From the NCBI GenBank assembly GCA_004431415.1, contig QPMI01000178.1, forward strand, positions 118,214 through 182,213: a stretch of DNA of 64,000 bases. The letters are read 5' to 3'. The translations under genes were made by a program, and so were the position numbers. Of the stretch, positions 60,801-64,000 are shown piece by piece (the stretch's first letter is position 1; each line of letters opens with the position of its first letter). The notes under the pieces are model-generated. The model worked only from the letters and a program-made list of their open reading frames with translations. It had not been told where the DNA came from and searched no databases. This stretch comes from Cyanophora paradoxa CCMP329. Its lineage: Eukaryota; Plantae; Glaucophyta.

Positions 60801-63800
60801 GGAATCCGAATCTGAAGTTCTCGTCAGCTCGTCCGTTCTCATATGCTCAGCGCGGCGACTTCGCACTTCTTTGCACATGATCATGATCATGAGTCTCTAG
60901 CTGCCATTAATAGAATACTGGGTTCCTGGCACATGTAAGCACCCGGAGATGATATCAGCGCCCACTGTGTATCTGTAGAGTATTTGACGAGAAGCTCAGG
61001 GCTCCGGCATTGCGGCGGGAAGAACGACTCCTTATAGGGTTTCTCCGAGATCAATTTTGAGAGCCGATTCCCAGTCCGCCCGTGCCTTTCCAGCTCAGAT
61101 GCCAACGGATACGAGTCATTTGATAGCGTGTTAGATAGGGCCTCAACGTGATTACCGGCTGCCGGGCTTCTATTCGCATTTCCTGGCGCGCGGGAAGGCC
61201 TCAAAATGCCCGCCAAAAATAATGGCGACTTGCCCTGCAAAATAATGCACGGCACGCTACGAGCTAGCTTGCGGCCTGCGCCGACCTCAAAATCAAATCC
61301 AGCACTGTCAAGAACCCCGAAAGCGTCTCATCGCCCGGATGTAACTTGTCAGATAAGATGCTATCCTTGGTGATTTCTGTCCTCGAGGCCTCTTCGGGGG
61401 AAGTTGACAGTCTCGGAGAGCTCGCTTGACCTGACGCCGCTCCGTCATCTGGGTCCGCGACTGACTCCACATTTGCACCCCGCCCATTTCGAGGGTGGGG
61501 AATCCGAATCTGAAGTTCTCGTCAGCTCGTCCGTTCTCATATGCTCAGCGCGGCGACTTCGCACTTCTTTGCACATGATCATGATCATGAGTCTCTAGCT
61601 GCCATTAATAGAATACTGGGTTCCTGGCACATGTAAGCACCCGGAGATGATATCAGCGCCCCACTGTGTATCTGTAGAGTATTTGACGAGAAGCTCAGGG
61701 CTCCCGGGCATTGCGGCGGGGAAGAACGACTCCCTTATAGGGTTTCTCCCGAGATCAATTTTGAGAGCCGATTCCCAGTCCGCCCGTGCCTTTCCAGCTC
61801 AGATGCCAACGGATACGAGTCATTTGATAGCGTGTTAGATAGGCCTCAACGTGATTACCGGCTGCCGGGCTTCTATTCGCATTTCCTGGCGCGCGGGAAG
61901 GCCTCAAAATGCCCGCCAAAAATAATGGCGACTTGCCCTGCAAAATAATGCACGGCACGCTACGAGCTAGCTTGCGGCCTGCGCCGACCTCAAAATCAAA
62001 TCCAGCACTGTCAAGAACCCCCGAAAGCGTCTCATCGCCCGGATGTAACTTGTCAGATAAGATGCTATCCTTGGTGATTTCTGTCCTCGAGGCCTCTTCG
62101 GGGGAAGTTGACTCAGTGACAGTCTCGGAGAGCTCGCTTGACCTGACGCCGCTCCGTCATCTGGGTCCGCGACTGACTCCACATTAGCACCCCGCCCATT
62201 TCGAGGGTGGGGAATCCGAATCTGAAGTTCTCGTCAGCTCGTCCGTTCTCATATGCTCAGCGCGGCGACTTCGCACTTCTTTGCACATGATCATGATCAT
62301 GAGTCTCTAGCTGCCATTAATAGAATACTGGGTTCCTGGCACATGTAAGCACCCGGAGATGATATCAGCGCCCCACTGTGTATCTGTAGAGTATTTGACG
62401 AGAAGCTCAGGGCTCCCGGGCATTGCGGCGGGGAAGAACGACTCCCTTATAGGGTTTCTCCCGAGATCAATTTTGAGAGCCGATTCCCAGTCCGCCCGTG
62501 CCTTTCCAGCTCAGATGCCAACGGATACGAGTCATTTGATAGCGTGTTAGATAGCTATACTATGATAGGGCCTCAACGTGATTACCGGCTGCCGGGCTTC
62601 TATTCGCATTTCCTGGCGCGCGGGAAGGCCTCAAAATGCCCGCCAAAAATAATGGCGACTTGCCCTGCAAAATAATGCACGGCACGCTACGAGCTAGCTT
62701 GCGGCCTGCGCCGACCTCAAAATCAAATCCAGCACTGTCAAGAACCCCCGAAAGCGTCTCATCGCCCGGATGTAACTTGTCAGATAAGATGCTATCCTTG
62801 GTGATTTCTGTCCTCGAGGCCTCTTCGGGGGAAGTTGACTCAGTGACAGTCTCGGAGAGCTCGCTTGACCTGACGCCGCTCCGTCATCTGGGTCCGCGAC
62901 TGACTCCACATTAGCACCCCGCCCATTTCGAGGGTGGGGAATCCGAATCTGAAGTTCTCGTCAGCTCGTCCGTTCTCATATGCTCAGCGCGGCGACTTCG
63001 CACTTCTTTGCACATGATCATGATCATGAGTCTCTAGCTGCCATTAATAGAATACTGGTTCCTGGCACATGTAAGCACCCGGAGATGATATCAGCGCCCC
63101 ACTGTGTATCTGTAGAGTATTTGACGAGAAGCTCAGGGCTCCCGGCATTGCGGCGGGGAAGAACGACTCCCTTATAGGGTTTCTCCCGAGATCAATTTTG
63201 AGAGCCGATTCCCAGTCCGCCCGTGCCTTTCCAGCTCAGATGCCAACGGATACGAGTCATTTGATAGCGTGTTAGATAGGGCCTCAACGTGATTACCGGC
63301 TGCCGGGCTTCTATTCGCATTTCCTGGCGCGCGGGAAGGCCTCAAATGCCCGCCAAAAATAATGGCGACTTGCCCTGCAAAATAATGCACGGCACGCTAC
63401 GAGCTAGCTTGCGGCCTGCGCCGACCTCAAAATCAAATCCAGCACTGTCAAGAACCCCGAAAGCGTCTCATCGCCCGGATGTAACTTGTCAGATAAGATG
63501 CTATCCTTGGTGATTTCTGTCCTCGAGGCCTCTTCGGGGAAGTTGACTCAGTGACAGTCTCGGAGAGCTCGCTTGACCTGACGCCGCTCCGTCATCTGGG
63601 TCCGCGACTGACTCCACATTAGCACCCCGCCCATTTCGAGGGTGGGGAATCCGAATCTGAAGTTCTCGTCAGCTCGTCCGTTCTCATATGCTCAGCGCGG
63701 CGACTTCGCACTTCTTTGCACATGATCATGATCATGAGTCTCTAGCTGCCATTAATAGAATACTGGGTTCCTGGCACATGTAAGCACCCGGAGATGATAT

Positions 63801-63822
63801 CAGCGCCCCACTGTGTATCTGT
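57872..63822. repeat. ~710-bp tandem array (5 full copies plus a partial; the first is interrupted by the LTR element)
   Basis: GCACCCCGCCCATTTCGAGGGTGGG starts at 57872, 60777, 61475, 62187, 62914 and 63622. Confidence 0.95.
58496..60691 (-). mobile_element. Non-autonomous LTR retrotransposon (Ty3/gypsy-like), 2,196 bp
   Basis: Identical 183-bp LTRs at 58496-58678 and 60509-60691 (TGTT...AACA). The CTCT TSD is confirmed by the empty site GAGGCCTCTTCGGGG in other array units. Minus-strand PPT AGTGAGGGAGA lies next to the left LTR. Decayed gag-like sequence at ~60130-59600; no pol. Confidence 0.9.
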
Positions 63823-64000
63823 GCCTCCATCCCGCCCCGCCTCCATCCCGCCCCGCGAGCCGCCGCCGCCGCCCGCCACGCCTCCGCTCCGCCCAGCGAG
63901 GCGCGCCGCCGCCCGCCGCGCCTCCGCCCGGCCCGCGAGGCGCGCGGCCGCCCGCCGAGCGTCTGCCCGCCCGGCGAGCCTCGCCGCCGCCCGCGAGGAT
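63823..64000. repeat. GC satellite, inverted copy of ~56720-56890 (runs off the window)
   Basis: The reverse complement matches ATCCTCGCGGGCGGCGGCGAGG...GGCGGGATGGAGGC. Confidence 0.85.

Noticed and set aside
57872-63822. rDNA/5S or snRNA tandem array, or a coding repeat
   Set aside because: No recognisable rRNA, tRNA or snRNA motifs, and the ORFs differ between units through indels.

Overview
This window is GC-rich, intron-dense eukaryotic nuclear DNA from a flagellated protist or alga, with many short GT-AG and GC-AG introns; the species cannot be fixed from sequence alone. Host genes are the 3' part of TRAPPC8, two inverted paralogues of a REJ + GAIN/GPS + GPI-tail surface protein with different N-termini, an F-box protein, a BK/Slo K+ channel, CCDC180/FAP76 and two hypothetical genes, plus MITEs. 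The main signal is an AT-rich, intron-free ~12.4-kb insert (40419-~52820) that looks like the physical end of a linear large DNA virus genome (NCLDV-like). It begins with an unfolded, incompletely paired ~290-nt hairpin with a perfect 28-bp stem, joined to a host exon. Subterminal tandem repeats and iteron palindromes follow. Its genes are speD, a Zn-ribbon gene, two 281-aa paralogues, a ~2,700-aa fibre with three LamG-like modules (three 1-nt frameshifts) and a truncated patatin. The right end of the window is repeat-rich: a 107-bp palindromic array, a GC satellite, and a ~710-bp tandem array carrying a young non-autonomous LTR retrotransposon. All family assignments are by motif recognition, not database searches.
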